A stretch of DNA of 49,022 bases from Syncephalis fuscata S228 (taxonomy: Eukaryota > Fungi > Zoopagomycota). The translations under genes were made by a program, and so were the position numbers. The stretch lies in contig JAHLTZ010000074.1 of the NCBI GenBank assembly GCA_025786725.1, positions 1-49,022 of the forward strand, given 5' to 3'. The notes under the pieces were generated by a model. It was not told the origin of the DNA. It did not search any database and worked only from the letters and a program-made list of their open reading frames with translations. Positions 13,417-28,200 of the stretch are shown here, in pieces (position 1 is the stretch's first letter; each line of letters opens with the position of its first letter).

Positions 13417-15751
13417 ATGGCATTGCACTATTAAAGATACTCTCTAATCGAGACAATCCATTAGTGGCGCTTATAGGCAAGTAGAAGTCGGTAACGTCGG
13501 CGCTACTCTACTAACTGTAGCGTGCTATGGACGCGTTACCAGTACGAGCATGTCATCCAACGCAGACAGAACCTAATCTCGCGCTTAACCTTGAAGTCTG
13601 CGACTTTATCAACGAGAAACAGAAGAACTAGTAAGTAGTGCGTTGTAGGATGACAACTGATGAATAATTGGTGTATACTAGTCCGCATGATGCTGCAGTA
13701 ACTATAGTTGAGCTGGCTAATAGTAGGAATCCCACTGTATCATTATTGGCCCTAGCAGTAAGTACAAACTAGTCACTGTAAATAGGTAACAAACGAGATG
13801 TACGGTCATTTTAGTTATTGGACCACTGTATGAAGAATTGTGGTCATGCATTTCACTTGCATGTTGCTACTAAGGACTTTCTTAATGAATTGGTTAAGCG
13901 CTTTCCAGAACATCCACCGGTAATCTAGAATGGATAACAGTGGATGGCATAATATAAGCTTACAAGGCAGTTGGACAATGAATAGGCGCATTTAACACAT
14001 TCACAGCGACGTATACTAGAGATGTTACAAGAATGGCGACTGACCATTGCTGCTCATTCAAGATATAAAGAGGATCTACGGGCGATAGAGGATATGGCAC
14101 GATTACTTGAATATAAAGGTGAATAGATGGAGTAGTTATAGATTAAGGCTTACTATAAGTATATATATGTATATGTATATATATTCTAGGTTATATGTTA
14201 CCAAGAGTACAGGCGGATAAATCATCGTTGATGCCAAAACAGGCAAGTAATAGGAGAGAGAGAAAAGAGAGTTGATATAATATATAATAGTTGGTAGTAC
14301 TTATGGATCAATGTTTATATTTATAGACACTTCGATCAGCCGATGAACTTGAAGAGGAAGATCGAGCAGCACAGGCAGCGGTAAGTAATTGGATGTAAAT
14401 AGTGTAAGTTAGTATATTTATAGATGTGGTATAGAAATTGCAAGAATTGATTCGTAAAGGCACACCAGCCGCTTTACGAGAAGCTAATGAATTGATGAAA
14501 GTAATGACTGGATTTGTAAGTAGTATTACCTTTTAGTTTAGAGACGGGAAAAAGCTAAATATATTAATATGGATTCTATGCGATGGTATAGGATCGTGAT
14601 GGACAGCGAGACTACCAGGAAGAAGTTAGCCAAGTGCTTGATGGCATTGAAAAACAAATTATTGAAGCCAATGATTTTATTACCGGTTTAGAGCCGAGTG
14701 AAGAGCGTCTGAATCGTCAACGGTTGGCAGTAAGTAGCTTACTCGTTTAGGTTTAGTGTATTGATTTGGTATAGACTTTGTTAAGTGAATGTAAAGCATC
14801 ACAAGTTAAAATACAGAAAATGATTACCGAGACCGAAGACGATGAACATACAGGTAAATGACGGGTAGTTAATGTAGAGGGTTATTTTACCAAGTTGTTG
14901 ATGTAGAGCGGCTATTACTGTTGAATGACATGATATTGGATGTGATTAATAAGCATGATTTGCTACGACATGGTAAATCGGCTAAAGAAGTCGAGGCACC
15001 AAAGTAAGTTGTACGGTTAAAGTGGCATGGTTATAGGATTAAGTATTGTGGTAGGCCTAGTGCGCCACCGATCATTGATTCACCTTCATTGATTGATATG
15101 GGATCAGTCGAGGAGAATCAAGGGCGTTCCAAAGTTACCTGGGGTGCTGCAGCTTCTACACCGGCTCTAGAGATGGAGAGTACATCGGCCGAAACTGTTC
15201 TTAACGATCTACTTGGGCTATCGTTTAATGTAAGCTTATTTAATATAAATTAATTGTAGAGTTTAATGGTGTGTGTGTGTGTATGGTACGTAGAATGATG
15301 CAGCACGAACACCTAGTCCGGCCATGGGAGCGATTGCTTTGCCAACAGGTAAGTCATTTGCATTAAGTAAGCCTTTGATTAGTAATGGCTATTATGATTG
15401 TAGGAGTGAATCAAGGCCGTAAGTAAATAGTGAAGCAAAGGAGTGATGGTACACTATCAATATTAACGTAGAATGTAGTGACACAGCCACTAGTAGCTCT
15501 TCCCGGTACAAGTCCATCTAATAGTATGCTTACCCCACTGCAACCTACACGTAAGTGTTAAAAGTTGATTAAATGATTAAAACTTTACATGATTGATTAT
15601 AGCATCTCGTCCCCTATCCAATCACTCGGCAGCATCTACATCCTCTTATACCAATAATAATAATAGTAACGATAATAATAATAATAGTTCATCAGCATCA
15701 ACAAGCCAGGATCCATTTAGCGATTTGCTAGGATCATGGACGTCAAAATAG
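13417..15751 (+). CDS. GGA2: GGA clathrin adaptor (VHS + GAT), highly intronic; not in the ORF track
   Basis: Spliced translation NPLVALI|VRACHPTQTEPNLALNLEVCDFINEKQKN...LLDHCMKNCGHAFHLHVATKDFLNELVKRFPEHPP...TLRSADELEEEDRAAQAA|KLQELIRKGTPAALREANELMKVMTGF closely resembles yeast Gga1/Gga2. Ends DPFSDLLGSWTSK*. Confidence 0.9.
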
Positions 15752-16717
15752 TCACAAGACCTAATAAATATGTAGTGTTGGATTAATTGCAATATCTTGG
15801 AGTTTAAAGTAGTACTTTTGAAAAGAGTTGTTATCTTTGAATATAATCTAATGGGAATTGACCATTCTATTCGTGCTCTTTAATGTTATTACTTTATTTG
15901 TAGTTAATAGTTGATTGTAACTTAAAGTTTTAATGCTGTGTGTAACATGATTTTACGTTAATAAAATAAACTATTTTGATTCTAAGCTATTATGTTGGTA
16001 CTAAATTTGATATCCAGAATAGAGTGATATATCTTTAATAATTTATTACATTTCTTAAATAGAATAAGGCAAGTATATACATAATTAACAATACTGAAAC
16101 TTTGATGTATACACGATAATAGCTGTAGAAGTGATAACAGGGTAAAGCAGGTGATCTGAGCCAATTACGGCATGTTACTATCGAAATTATGTAAGCTATG
16201 TTAAACTATACGGAGTTTAAAAGTGTTGGATTAAAGAATAATGTTACAAGGAGGTGCTTTAAAGTGTTTGTATTAAGTTAACAAGTGGTTGATTATTGGT
16301 ATTAGTCATACAATATATATATAAACTACGAAAGGATATCTGATGAATGAATGTTATTGGTTTGAAAAAGAGAAAGTTAAAGGCGATAGCGTAGATTGTA
16401 AGCTATGCAATTAATATGAGTAAATTATAATAATGCAATACAATGATTAATTAAATAAAAAATAAGTTACTTTACATCAACGATAAATATATTTGTAAAA
16501 CATATAACTTTTACTATATTGTAGAAGATGAAATGTAAATACTAAATAGCAAAATAAATAAAAAGTAAATTGAGTTGGATTATTACAAAGTGAGACAATC
16601 ATAAGCGTTAAATGACTCACTGTGCATGGATTCTATGTAGTTTCTCATGCTATTTAATTTATTGCAAGGCTTATTCTGCTATAGCAACTAGTTCTTTTAT
16701 TCGGGTTTATTTCCAAT

Positions 16718-18283
16718 ATGTCAACGCAAGATAACAACACGTTGCCAAAGATGTGGCAAATTGTCGATATAGTTCATCATATATTGATGTTGAGTAAAGT
16801 AACTACCGCAGTTGCTTTGGCACGTACTTGCAAATCGTTGTATAGCTCTGTTTCAAGCTATAATAGTCTCTGGCACAAGCTATATCAAGTGAATTTACTC
16901 GTGATATCAACACGAACGTTGGCTGGTTACAGTGGCAATTAGAGCAGAAGCAGCAAGCAACAGAAGCAGCAACTAGTGCGGAAACCGAAACTGCGCCAAT
17001 GTTGACTTGGTTTCAGCTATACGTTCAGCGTATGAATATAGGTTTAAATTGGCAAAAGAATAAGTCAGTATCGACGATTTGTTTACCAGTACCTAGGATG
17101 AATAGACTGGTAGAATTGTGTAATTCTAAAAGATTGATTACTGCAAGCTATCCTGGTTGGATTGTAATAGCAAATTGTCGGGAATTCCAGATTAGTTTGA
17201 TTAAGCTCTTTCCAAAAAACATGACCAGTGTTCAGCCGCTAAATTTGAATATAGCTAATTTAGAAGCTATTTATAATGTAGCATTCTATCGATATCAGCA
17301 ACAAGCGAATGATGCTGATGAAGACGTGCGTGTAATTCTACATTTAGAGCGCACTGAAGAGCCAGTAGATGTACTTGAAATATGGAGCGTGAATAGTCTT
17401 CAGTTGTTGCAGACTATTGATTTTGGTGATCAGTGGGACGGTAGAATTGTAAACTCGTTTTTGATTTTTCAAAAAGCCCAAATAATCGCAGCACCCAATT
17501 ATTCTATAGCAGTTTTTAAAAGGACATATACGCAAACCTCAATTGATTAAGAATATAAACATGTACACAAAATATAACTGTATTCTACACACGGCGGACA
17601 GCAAAAAAATCATTATCTTGGAATACTTTATGCAAAAAACTATAGTAAAATATAGTATAAGCCGCGTTTTGTTGACTCCCGATGCCAACCTGAGGCTGAA
17701 TGATGACGATAATGTGCAAATAACTCAACTTGGCTCAGGCCAGTTTACTGCACCCAATAATTCATTCTGTTGGGATTGTAAATTTTACTCAATTGACTGC
17801 GATCGTGTATTATTTTATACTAGCACTATGTTCTGGAGTATGTCGTGTAGCAATGAAATGTTTTACCGTTGCCATATCAAAATAATATCTATAAGCAAAG
17901 GAATCATTCTCAAATGCGACCATCCAGTAAATGCTCTCGAAGCTTTGATTTTAATTCCAAAATATGAATTGGCTGTATTTTATTCAAAAAAATGCACACC
18001 AATAGTCATTATGTCGTTATTAAACGGTGAGATTCAACAGCATGCCGATATAGAAGCTGTATGCGATAGATTTTGTCACTTTCAACATATTATTGATACA
18101 ACAATTATTGGTTGTAATTATGAATCAAATCAGTATTGTATTGTTGATGTTTTAGCTGGTACAGCCAATGTCTATCCATTTCTAATACCAGATGTGGTTT
18201 ATTGTAAAGTTTCATTTAAGCATATGGTGCTAATAAATGAGGAGACTATGCTCATTACGAGCTTTGTGCCTGAACTGGTTTAA
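16718..18283 (+). CDS. Divergent F-box-like protein with a beta-rich C-terminus; intronless, frameshifts at ~16893 and ~17520
   Basis: DIVHHILMLSKVTTAVALARTCKSLYSSVSSYNSLWHKLY (F-box-like), followed by TWFQLYVQRMNIGLNW. Three ORFs join through single-base indels in T/A runs. Confidence 0.65.
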
Positions 18284-18563
18284 TTGATTAAATATTAATA
18301 AATAGTTTATTAAGGCTGCCAGCTGATTCCGGACGTAATATATACATGATTTGGCCTCCTGTGATAGTTTTGTATATTTTTTATATTATCCTATTTTAGA
18401 ATATATTAGACCATCGATCAGTAACTGTACTAATAGCATATAAATTGATGAAGTAATGAGTGGAATAAGTAAAGTATGTTGGAGTATGTAGTGAATAGAA
18501 AGTGCTTATTATATTAGAGTGATATATAGTGGTGTGGGATAAAGTTTTAATGATGTATACCGA

Positions 18564-18845
18564 ATATATGCATACTGGATAATAAATCTACGATGATGAG
18601 TATTTTGGACCCTGACGTCACTCACCACCCAGTTTCATGTTCAATAGAACAAATCTGTAACTCAACTGTGTGAATATTATTAAATATAGTCATTTGACAC
18701 TCAAACTACACCATAATGTATGATTTGCTGACTGTTGTCACTCACCACCCAGCATCACCTTCAATAGAACAAATCCTAGTTCAGTTACGCAAATGTTATT
18801 ACGTATAGCTATTTACACCAAATCATACTAAACAGTTAGCAAGGT
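18564..18845 (-). repeat. Solo fragment of the inner end of family R, with an internal 120-bp tandem duplication
   Basis: ATATATGCATACTGGATAATA is identical at 18564 and 30158, followed by shared AGTTTCATGTTCAATA and ACGCAAATGTTAT. GTCACTCACCACCCAG occurs at 18617 and 18737. Confidence 0.75.
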
Positions 18846-19212
18846 ATTTAATATTAAAGCTATTACACTCATATCATTGTTTAAGCGTATGCGAGTGTAA
18901 CTATCGACGTGTAACTCAATGTCATTGGACACCAAAGAGCGGTATTATAGAACATATCATTAGTAAATAACAAGTATAATAAAGGCCAGTATGGAACATC
19001 GTCAACAGTAAAACAATGACTGTATTGACATAAAAGGCTATTCTAATGGACTACAAACAGCTACTTTCTAATAAACACTTCTACATCCATCTACATAACA
19101 CCATGTGATATGAAGCAGTAGTCACTAGATTGTACCACAGTCAACTCTTATTCATCTAAACTCATCTGAATTCATTTTATTTGTATACACGTATGACCAT
19201 CTGTCTTTTTAC

Positions 19213-22200
19213 ATGCTTACCTACCTTTTATTGCTGGCTATTGGCCTAGTGGCCCTGTTACTTGCGGTGAAGCTTGTAGCGCAATGGCTATTGGCACACT
19301 TTGGGTGTAGAGTTGGCCGTGTAGGCTGGCTCCATCTACGCGACATTGAACTACGCATTCCCAACATCAGCAACACCACCACCACCAACAATGATAGTAA
19401 GCCGATGCTGCGCGTTACTATTGGCACGGTGGGGCTGCGTTTTACTTGGCAGCATCTACGCTGGATTCATCTAGCTATTTCTGATTTGCAAGTGGCATTC
19501 GACCCCGAAGCAGCCGCCCAAGCGAGCCGTGAAAAGGCGTCGCGTGAACTGGGTCGCGCCCAAGCGAAGACGGCACTTGAACAGCGCGGACGCGCATGGC
19601 AGCGCACCCAACGCGCCCAACCACTCGCCTCTATCAGCGTACCAACTACGCCGACGTCACCGACCGGACCGCACCGCTTCTTCCACCCGAGCAGCGACCA
19701 CGACACACCAAACAATGAATCGCCGTCTGCCACTGCAGCCACACCGTCTTCTTCGGGACCGAAGCGTGGACTGCAGTTGTGGTGGCTCGCCATTCGCTTC
19801 TCCAATTGGATTGGGCTTACGGTGGAGCGTATACAGCTATCGCTGATGGGAGCTGCTGCACCGGATATCACCGTAGAACTGGACCGTCTCATGGTAACCA
19901 CGACATTCTTTCAGCTTGGCTTGCGCGATGGGGGCGAGATGCTTTCGTTTGAGGGCCGTGTCGATCTACTTGGTATTGTATTAAAGACGCATTTGTTACC
20001 GGATATGCCACCTACGAGTTTGACTTCCATAGATGCATTCTCTATTGCCCTAAGTGGCAAAACAAAACTCGAACAACTTCAGTTTGAACAATTAGAACTC
20101 GATATTGATTTGGATAAGGTGGATGTCAATATACGGGCCCTCTTACACTGTATTGATTCAATACAGTCATCTCTAAATACTAAAAGTGATACCACCACTA
20201 AAAATAGTGAAGATGATGATGAATTAAATGATGAAGTAGATGATTTATTAACTACGCCATCTCATTTACTGTCCCCAGGCCGTATTCCACCACCCTATGT
20301 TACTACTAACATTAACACCAACACGTCTACTGCATCACCAGCTATTCTATCGTTACTGGGCAAGGTTAAATTGGATATACGGCGTGTATCATTTGCCTAT
20401 GCCTTAGATGAAGACTATCCAGATACATCACCGATGATTACTGTTCAATGGCGTTCATTCAGTGCTCTATTTATACTGCCTCGATTATCAGAAATGGGCA
20501 CAGAACGTAATGGTCTAATGGATGTTCAAATGACTGCTTGTAGAACTTTATTAGAGGATGCCAATTATTATCCCGTTAGACGTCATACACTTGCCTCTAT
20601 CAATGATATATCAGCTCGATTGTCAGTTGATTTCATTAATACTACACTACTACGATCACGTACCAGTATTAATATGTCACTACCTAAACTATTTGTTAAT
20701 ACAAATGTACTAGCAGTTATTCTATCCTATCAGCCATCTAGTGATCTATTAAACCCACAATCTACTTCTTCGTCGTCATCATCATCATCAAAGCCATCCA
20801 GTTCACTTTTTGCTCAATTATCTATTTTACCGGCCTTTAATATTGAATTACGATTAAATCAGCCATCGATTGCTCTATCCAATACACCACTAGATGATAC
20901 AGATACGAATATGGATACAACATCTACTATACTTATCTGTCCTGATAATGTACGACTTTATGGCTCATTAGCACCACCCGCATCGACTCACTTACCACAA
21001 CATACAACATCGACTATTCTGTCTCAATTGAGCGGTGGTCTTACGATACAAGAATCAACAATTACAGTGCAGTCTACCCATACTGCTACCTCTTGTTGTT
21101 CTACCGCTTGTTGTTTTACACTGCCTGAAGCCCATCTACAATGGATGATGGAGCCTGTATCACCGGCATCACCGCTATGGCCACAACGTTCTTTATCGAC
21201 CCGTTCTACTTATTCGCGTAATAGAGCACCGTTGTCACCGCGTATTGATGAACACCCTCCAGCCAATGAACCACGCTTTTCTATTCATATTAAAGTGCAC
21301 TTGGATGCAGTAGAAGTTGATTTATCAGCCAACACGCTAACCACCATAGGCGATATTGTAACACCACTACAATCACTCGTAGTCAAAAACAATAAATCAA
21401 CTACTACTACTATTACTTCAACAACAACATCTAATACTGGTTCTAATTGTCAAGCTATCACTGTATTATTTAGAGTGCCTACTATTTCAGTTATGATTTA
21501 TGGCCCAGGTGATCCAGATGATAATGAACAACGCGGTATTTGTATACAATCAGGCAGTATTGAATTACAAGTAGAGAAATCAACGACTGCTATGACATCA
21601 TCTCCACCACCACCACCATCATCAATGACAGATCCATTACTTATTGTTAAAGGCTATTTACAAAGTTTAACTATTCATTCATTTAAACCAGAAGTGCACT
21701 CACCGTCTTTATTATCGCGTACACGTCGACGATCAAGTGTTATTAGACCCTTAAGTACTGTGTCTAATTCAAATGGCCATTCAGCATTGACACCAGATCC
21801 ACTACTACTATCGATTGAGACGATTAACTTTTTTACCGATGCCACTGGATCACACCAACCAGTTGTATGTCATATACCAAGTATACATATGCAATTGACT
21901 CTACTTAATATGTATGCAATTGTATCAGCTATGGCCCACTTGAAGCGATTAGCTAGTTCGAGTATGGATGGTGGTGGTGAGGATAGTATTAAAATGGACA
22001 ATTCAACAACAACAACAACATCTAATGTGGCTACTACAACACGATTTGTAGTTGAATTGATGGCAGTTCATATAGACTGGCAACTAGCCAATCACGTCGA
22101 TTTAACCTTTAAGTTAAGGTGTATTCGTGCCCATTATTCATCTACTTGGTATACAGATATTGAGTCATGTAGAATGTATGGTTATATGTCTAATAGTACA

Positions 22201-25200
22201 CCAACACCATCTAGCAGAGTTAAACTACTATCGATACAGTCTCTCATTATTACGCCTAATGGTCTATCGGTAACACCGTCTAATCTGTCGTATATTTCAG
22301 TATCAGCGGCATCACTTTGTTTGTCAGTTCCCCACAAATATCGATTGGCCGATGTTATTGATAATGTGAACAACACAATTAAATCGGCCAAGTATTTATG
22401 GGCCCGTGTGTTAACGGGTGGACCGCCACCACATACCGATACACATGTAGACTTACCACGACTAGAGATTCGTATTGTCGATATGGTGTTTGAGTTGTTG
22501 GATTCGCCGTTTGAAATGGCCCTGGCGCGTATATTCCGTCTAGGTGTACCAGAACAGCGTGAACGATTGGTGCGTGAAACGATTCTAGAGAGTAAATTGA
22601 CTGCACTAGAGACCGATACGGCACAGACAGAGCCTCCAGTGGATCCAGCAGTGGCCCGTTACTTATTACTAGAGTATAATGCTAGTCGATGGGCATCCAA
22701 AATACATAATGCTACTACATCCAATACGGGATCCACTGATGTGCCATTAATGCAAGTAACGGCGCGTGATATGTTTATCAAACTGGGTCCACCGTCATTT
22801 GGCCGTGATCATTTGGCAGAATGGGTCTATACATTGGATCAATGTACACCAGCCGACTATATCTACGACTTGGGCATTCTAATGCACTTATCATGGTCAG
22901 TATCCGAGCTGACAATGCAACTACGCGACTTTCCACAGCCTCTAATTCACTTTCCACCCTCAATCAACGCAAACGATGGTGGAGGTGAACCGAGTTTTGT
23001 GTGGGAAGGTGATTTGGCAGTGTTGGAACAGGATCCATTGCCGTGTGCCTTCCGGTATGTTAAGGTGCCCATTACGGATAGAGTGACGGCGATATCGGCC
23101 CGTACTATATCACCGGTCAAGCTATTTACCGATGCCCATATATCGGTGCGTAATGGCGGCGAAACGCGTATCTGCTGGGGACCATGCATTCAACCGACCC
23201 TCGCCGAACTGAGCCATGTTATCGATACACTGACCGATCCCAGTCCCGATCCCAGCCCAAGTCTAGGTTGGTGGGATAAATTGCGACTTGTACTGCATGG
23301 CCGATTACGTCTAGACTGGTCACCACAGCAGTCGAATAATAATGACGAAGGTGGTGAATTGCATGTTAGGTTGCAGGGTGGACAGCATCCATGGGAGCGC
23401 AATCTACGCACCGCTGGACTAGCACTCGTATGGCGTGATAGTGTCAGTCTTACCTTAGGTGGTGATCAACGCATACTTGAATTCCGCAGTAAACAATTCA
23501 CCATAGCCATTCCCGATATCAGTAGATCCATAGAACGTAATAATACCAACAATACCAATCATAGTGGTGGTTCAGAGTTTGCTAAAGTATTATTGCAATT
23601 GGCGGGTGATGTGGCTATTGGTATTGCTGGTCGACTTGAACGACCACCTGATGTATCAGAATGGGTGCCGCATCATGCCATTATTACGCGTATGTCTCAT
23701 AGTATCCCCTCCAACATCACCGTAAGTTATTGCCATCATTAATATGGCTATTACTAATACAATTTATTAGAATTACGATAGTTTTAAAGGATTTAGAGCG
23801 GGCAAAGTCCATTTACAATTTATATTTGAAGCCCATCAAATGATCAATTCGATGTTAAGTAACAGTGTTCATTTAACACCCAAAACAGTACAGCACTTTT
23901 TGTCATTTATTGAGTTATTTGGGGCTGAAAAGTCACCGCCCATTCGATTGGGTCCATTATTTCCGGATATTACGAGTAAACCACCCAATTTTGGTAAACA
24001 TTTATCTAGTTTAAGATTTACATTTGGTCTATCGCCATTCACTCTTGGCTATTTCATAAGAGATGAGACCACCACTACAACCACGGTTAATAGACCGAGA
24101 AGAGGTACAACGAATACTGCCCATGACCATCATCAGCATCACCATCATGATCCATCATCTGATACGGCCACTGTGAACGATAGTCATAGCAATCATGGTG
24201 ACAACTACCATAGTGATGGCGATAATGATCATGACGATGTTGAAGAACGACATATTACACTAAGAGGTGTTAAGGCACGGGTAGAGCGATTTGATTTTGA
24301 ATTAGTTATGGAGCAGTATGAAAAGTCAGCATCTGAACTACCAGAGAACTCTATGATGAAGGCCGGATTTGGTATACAAGATGCGATGATTGATTTGATT
24401 GCCCTTGATGCACGGTCAGTTACCGTGGAGCAGGTAGAATATGATCTAGTCTACCAAGAGCCACTCGATATTGAAATGCTTCTAGAAGAGATGATGGCCA
24501 CTCATCATGATGGAGAAGGTGGCGCAGAAGATGGTGGCGATATAGATGATGAACAGCATAGTCATGCAACTGTTGAAGAATTGGCTGATGATGATAGCAG
24601 TAAAAAGAAGCAGCAACAGAACAAGAAGAAGAAGAGGGAGCGTGAAGAAGAGAAGCGTGGTATACTAAGATCGTGGATGGATATGGCTGATTTAGAGGAT
24701 ATTGATATGCCGCGTATCTATAATGTAGGGCCCACTACAGTAACTCCATTTATCTATGCCCCCCAAGCTATCTATTTCAAGCAAGGCAAAAGCAGTACTT
24801 AACGAATAGACTATCGATGGCCGGTAAAGGTAAGCAGAACAAATAGATATAGATGTAGATAAATGGCCCGTATTAACAATAACCATCATATGGATAGATG
24901 TACGAGATATTCAGTTGAATATATTTAGAGAACGGCAATCGGTATTACAAATGGATATTGCTCGTCAATCTAGATTATTAAATGAATTACATGAACATAA
25001 AAGCACTGTCATTAATACAACTGGATCAGAAAGATCACGTCGACGCACTGTAATGATTAATATTTAACTATTTAACTATTTACTAATTACATTTATTTAT
25101 TTATTAGGAAATAAGTCGGTTAAAGGCCAATTTAAAGATTGCTGCTCAACAATTGGCCATTATTGAACGACACTTGGCTGAACTTGAAAGTAATGATGGC

Positions 25201-28200
25201 GAACAACAACAAGTCCAGTATTTGGACGCCATTCTACTGATCCATCCTCGTCTACTAATCGTCCTATGAATGGCGATGACGATGACCAAGCCTCTAATCT
25301 ACAAGATTCATTTGATCATCGTTGTGCAGTTCATAATGCGCATATTATATGGAATATTGAACTACGTAATCAAATATTCCGATATACTCGCCTACTTACC
25401 CGTCAACATGCCATTGGTTACTATATGACCGCCACTGCTGTCAAAGCCATTAGAGATACCACACGTAAAATTATACGCAATAATGAACGGGCTCTTTCTA
25501 TTGATCATAGCACTGCACTATCACCACGCCGTCAAAGAAATAGAGACCGCTCATTAACATCGCTACTTCAAGATGGTGAAGATGAAGGTGGCGAAGATGG
25601 TGAGGAGGAGGAGGAGGAGGATGACTCGTTACAGTATCCCTATAGTCAAGGAGCAGGTCATCATACACCAGAAGGATATTCACCAGAAGATTTAATACGT
25701 CAACTATTAGGTGATGATGCACCATCTACAACAATGCAGACATTAGAAGAACGAGATAAACCACCATCTAGTGGCTATAACAACAACGATCATAGTGACA
25801 ATGAAGAAGATGACGATGATCATAGTAGTATGCACCCTACCGTGCCTGATGACTATGAAGTAGATCATAGTTTATTGGTTATGTTTACATATCCACAAAT
25901 AAGTCTACAAAGTGGCAATGACAATTCAACGCTGGCCTTTTTATCAGCAGAACAGATTCAGATTGAGTCATTATCTATTCTAGATCCATTATCTGAACAT
26001 ATTGCCTCTAATCACTTGGTGAAGACACGAACTATTCTGCATGTTAAAGACGTTCAAGTATTTGTGGCCCATCGAGTGCACTGTATGGCTCGACCACGAT
26101 CATCACTGGCCTTCCAGTATGGATCCAGTCATGGTAGATGGCAGGACTGGTTGCCGATTGATGTATTAGTCGACTATGATGGTGAATCGGGTCCATTCCA
26201 ACGTATTGTATCGCGAGCATCAGCGACCCTATACCATGACAAGAGGAATCCGCTAAGATTTACTGCTCAAGCAAGCGATGAATCGGCCGAGGGCAAGTCT
26301 ACACAGACCCAACGGCGATATGACCAATCGGACACTGAAGACGATAGTGATCAAGGAGAGACGGTGACCGATACGCTATTTATACACTTGCCATCATTGG
26401 TATTTAGTGCCGATGCACTACAATTTGCGAGTATTTGGTCAGTGGCCAATGATTTATTGGCCTATCGTGAGCCAGATGAGCATTTGGATCAGATTAACAA
26501 CATTCTACTTGCTTCAGAGTCTAATGATTACGCGGTGATTGTTGATACTATCTGGAGATGCAAGAGAAGATTCAAGGCATTGAACAAGTTATTGAACGCT
26601 ATTTATTAGATCGTAAACTATGGCAGTCATCAGATGCAGTGGCCGATCGATATAGTGAAGAATTCACCCGATTGGTGGATCAACATAGATCGATGCGAGA
26701 AGAATTGTATGTTATTGTGACGACAATGATTCGATCACAGCAATTACGAGAACGGCGTCGTCAAACAACAAAGACCGTCATTCGTACCGTGATGACGGCC
26801 GACAGAGTTGTATGGTTAATGGTCGATGACGATTCAAAGGATCCATTGTGTGAATGTACACTATATCACGCTAATCTAGTATGGGTCATTGGTGACGATC
26901 AATCGAGTAGCAATACGCTGGAGATTGATAGATTAGAAGTGATTGATCGTATGCCCAAAGCGTATTTTGTTGAACTATTGTATCCACTATTGCCGGAGGG
27001 TCAAATCATTGACTTTACAAGGCATAAGATGTTAAGAGTGCATTGGCGTGAGCTGGCACCGGTAGCGGGTATTGCCGTCGTTGAACACTTTGAAGTAAAC
27101 TTGTTCCCGTGTATTGTTCGACTGACCCAAGAAGTGGGGCGGCGTATTATAGCCTATGCTTTTCCTGAAAAGCAGCGATTACGCCTCCATCAAGAGAGTG
27201 CACTGCAAGCGAAGTCAGTTGCTCAATATCGAGCCACCGTAGGGGGAGGAGCGGTAGGAGGTGGTGGAGTGAGTGATGTGTTAGAGGAGGAGCCATTTCC
27301 GCCATCACTTGCGCTACAAGCGGGTGATTCGGCCACCTCAGTACTACTAGACACTGAGCACGATGGCTGTCACAGCCTACTCCGCGAAGAGCCTGAAGCG
27401 ATTGATGACCCTTTACTGTCCACCACTAGTAATATGGGTGTTGTTAAGACAAGGCCGGCGCGTCGATTAACACTAATGGCCGATGATGACACGATGATGG
27501 CTAAACGGCGCCGATCCAAATCAATTATTAGATCGGCCACGCTTATTGGTAATCGACAGTACCGATCACTAACCCAAATGAGAACAAGAGCATCTGAAAA
27601 TCGTACATTTATTTACGTTAAAGTACCCAGCACTCAACTATGTCTAAGCTATCGAGTAAGTAGTATTAAATAGTGTTAGTGTATAAATACTGATTTGTTG
27701 TTTTGTTATAGGGTCGTAAGGAAAAGGATATTTCCAACTTGAATGATTTCCTATTTACACTGCCGACATTTGAATACCGTAACAAAACATGTACATCACT
27801 CGATCTACTACTCCAAGTAAAGAAAGGTAATAGTAATTACGATAGTAGTGTTGGTATTAATGATCATGATTATTGTAGATATTATGTGGCGGTTATTGTC
27901 CCATACTGGTTCGTTGGTCAAGGGTAAACTATTTAATAGTAAGCCAAAACATTTAGGTGGCGGTGGTGGTGGTGGTATGCGTAGTCACGATTTAATGGCG
28001 CTTAATACCATGCCTATGCCATCACCTACCGATAGTTTACTATTGGCCTCTGCTTCTGCTTCACCGATAGGACCGCTTTCATCGGCCACCGGTAGTTCAC
28101 AGCATTCAGATTTTATAATGAATCGGGCCCGTGCTTTACTTCATGTAGAAACCGGCACGACCCTAAAGAAGCGGCCATCGCTATTACTGCGTGCCCTCTC

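Noticed and set aside
9540-26610. Programmed ribosomal frameshifting in host genes
   Set aside because: Too many sites, in unrelated conserved genes, mostly at simple homopolymers. The same indel noise separates copies of the terminal array.
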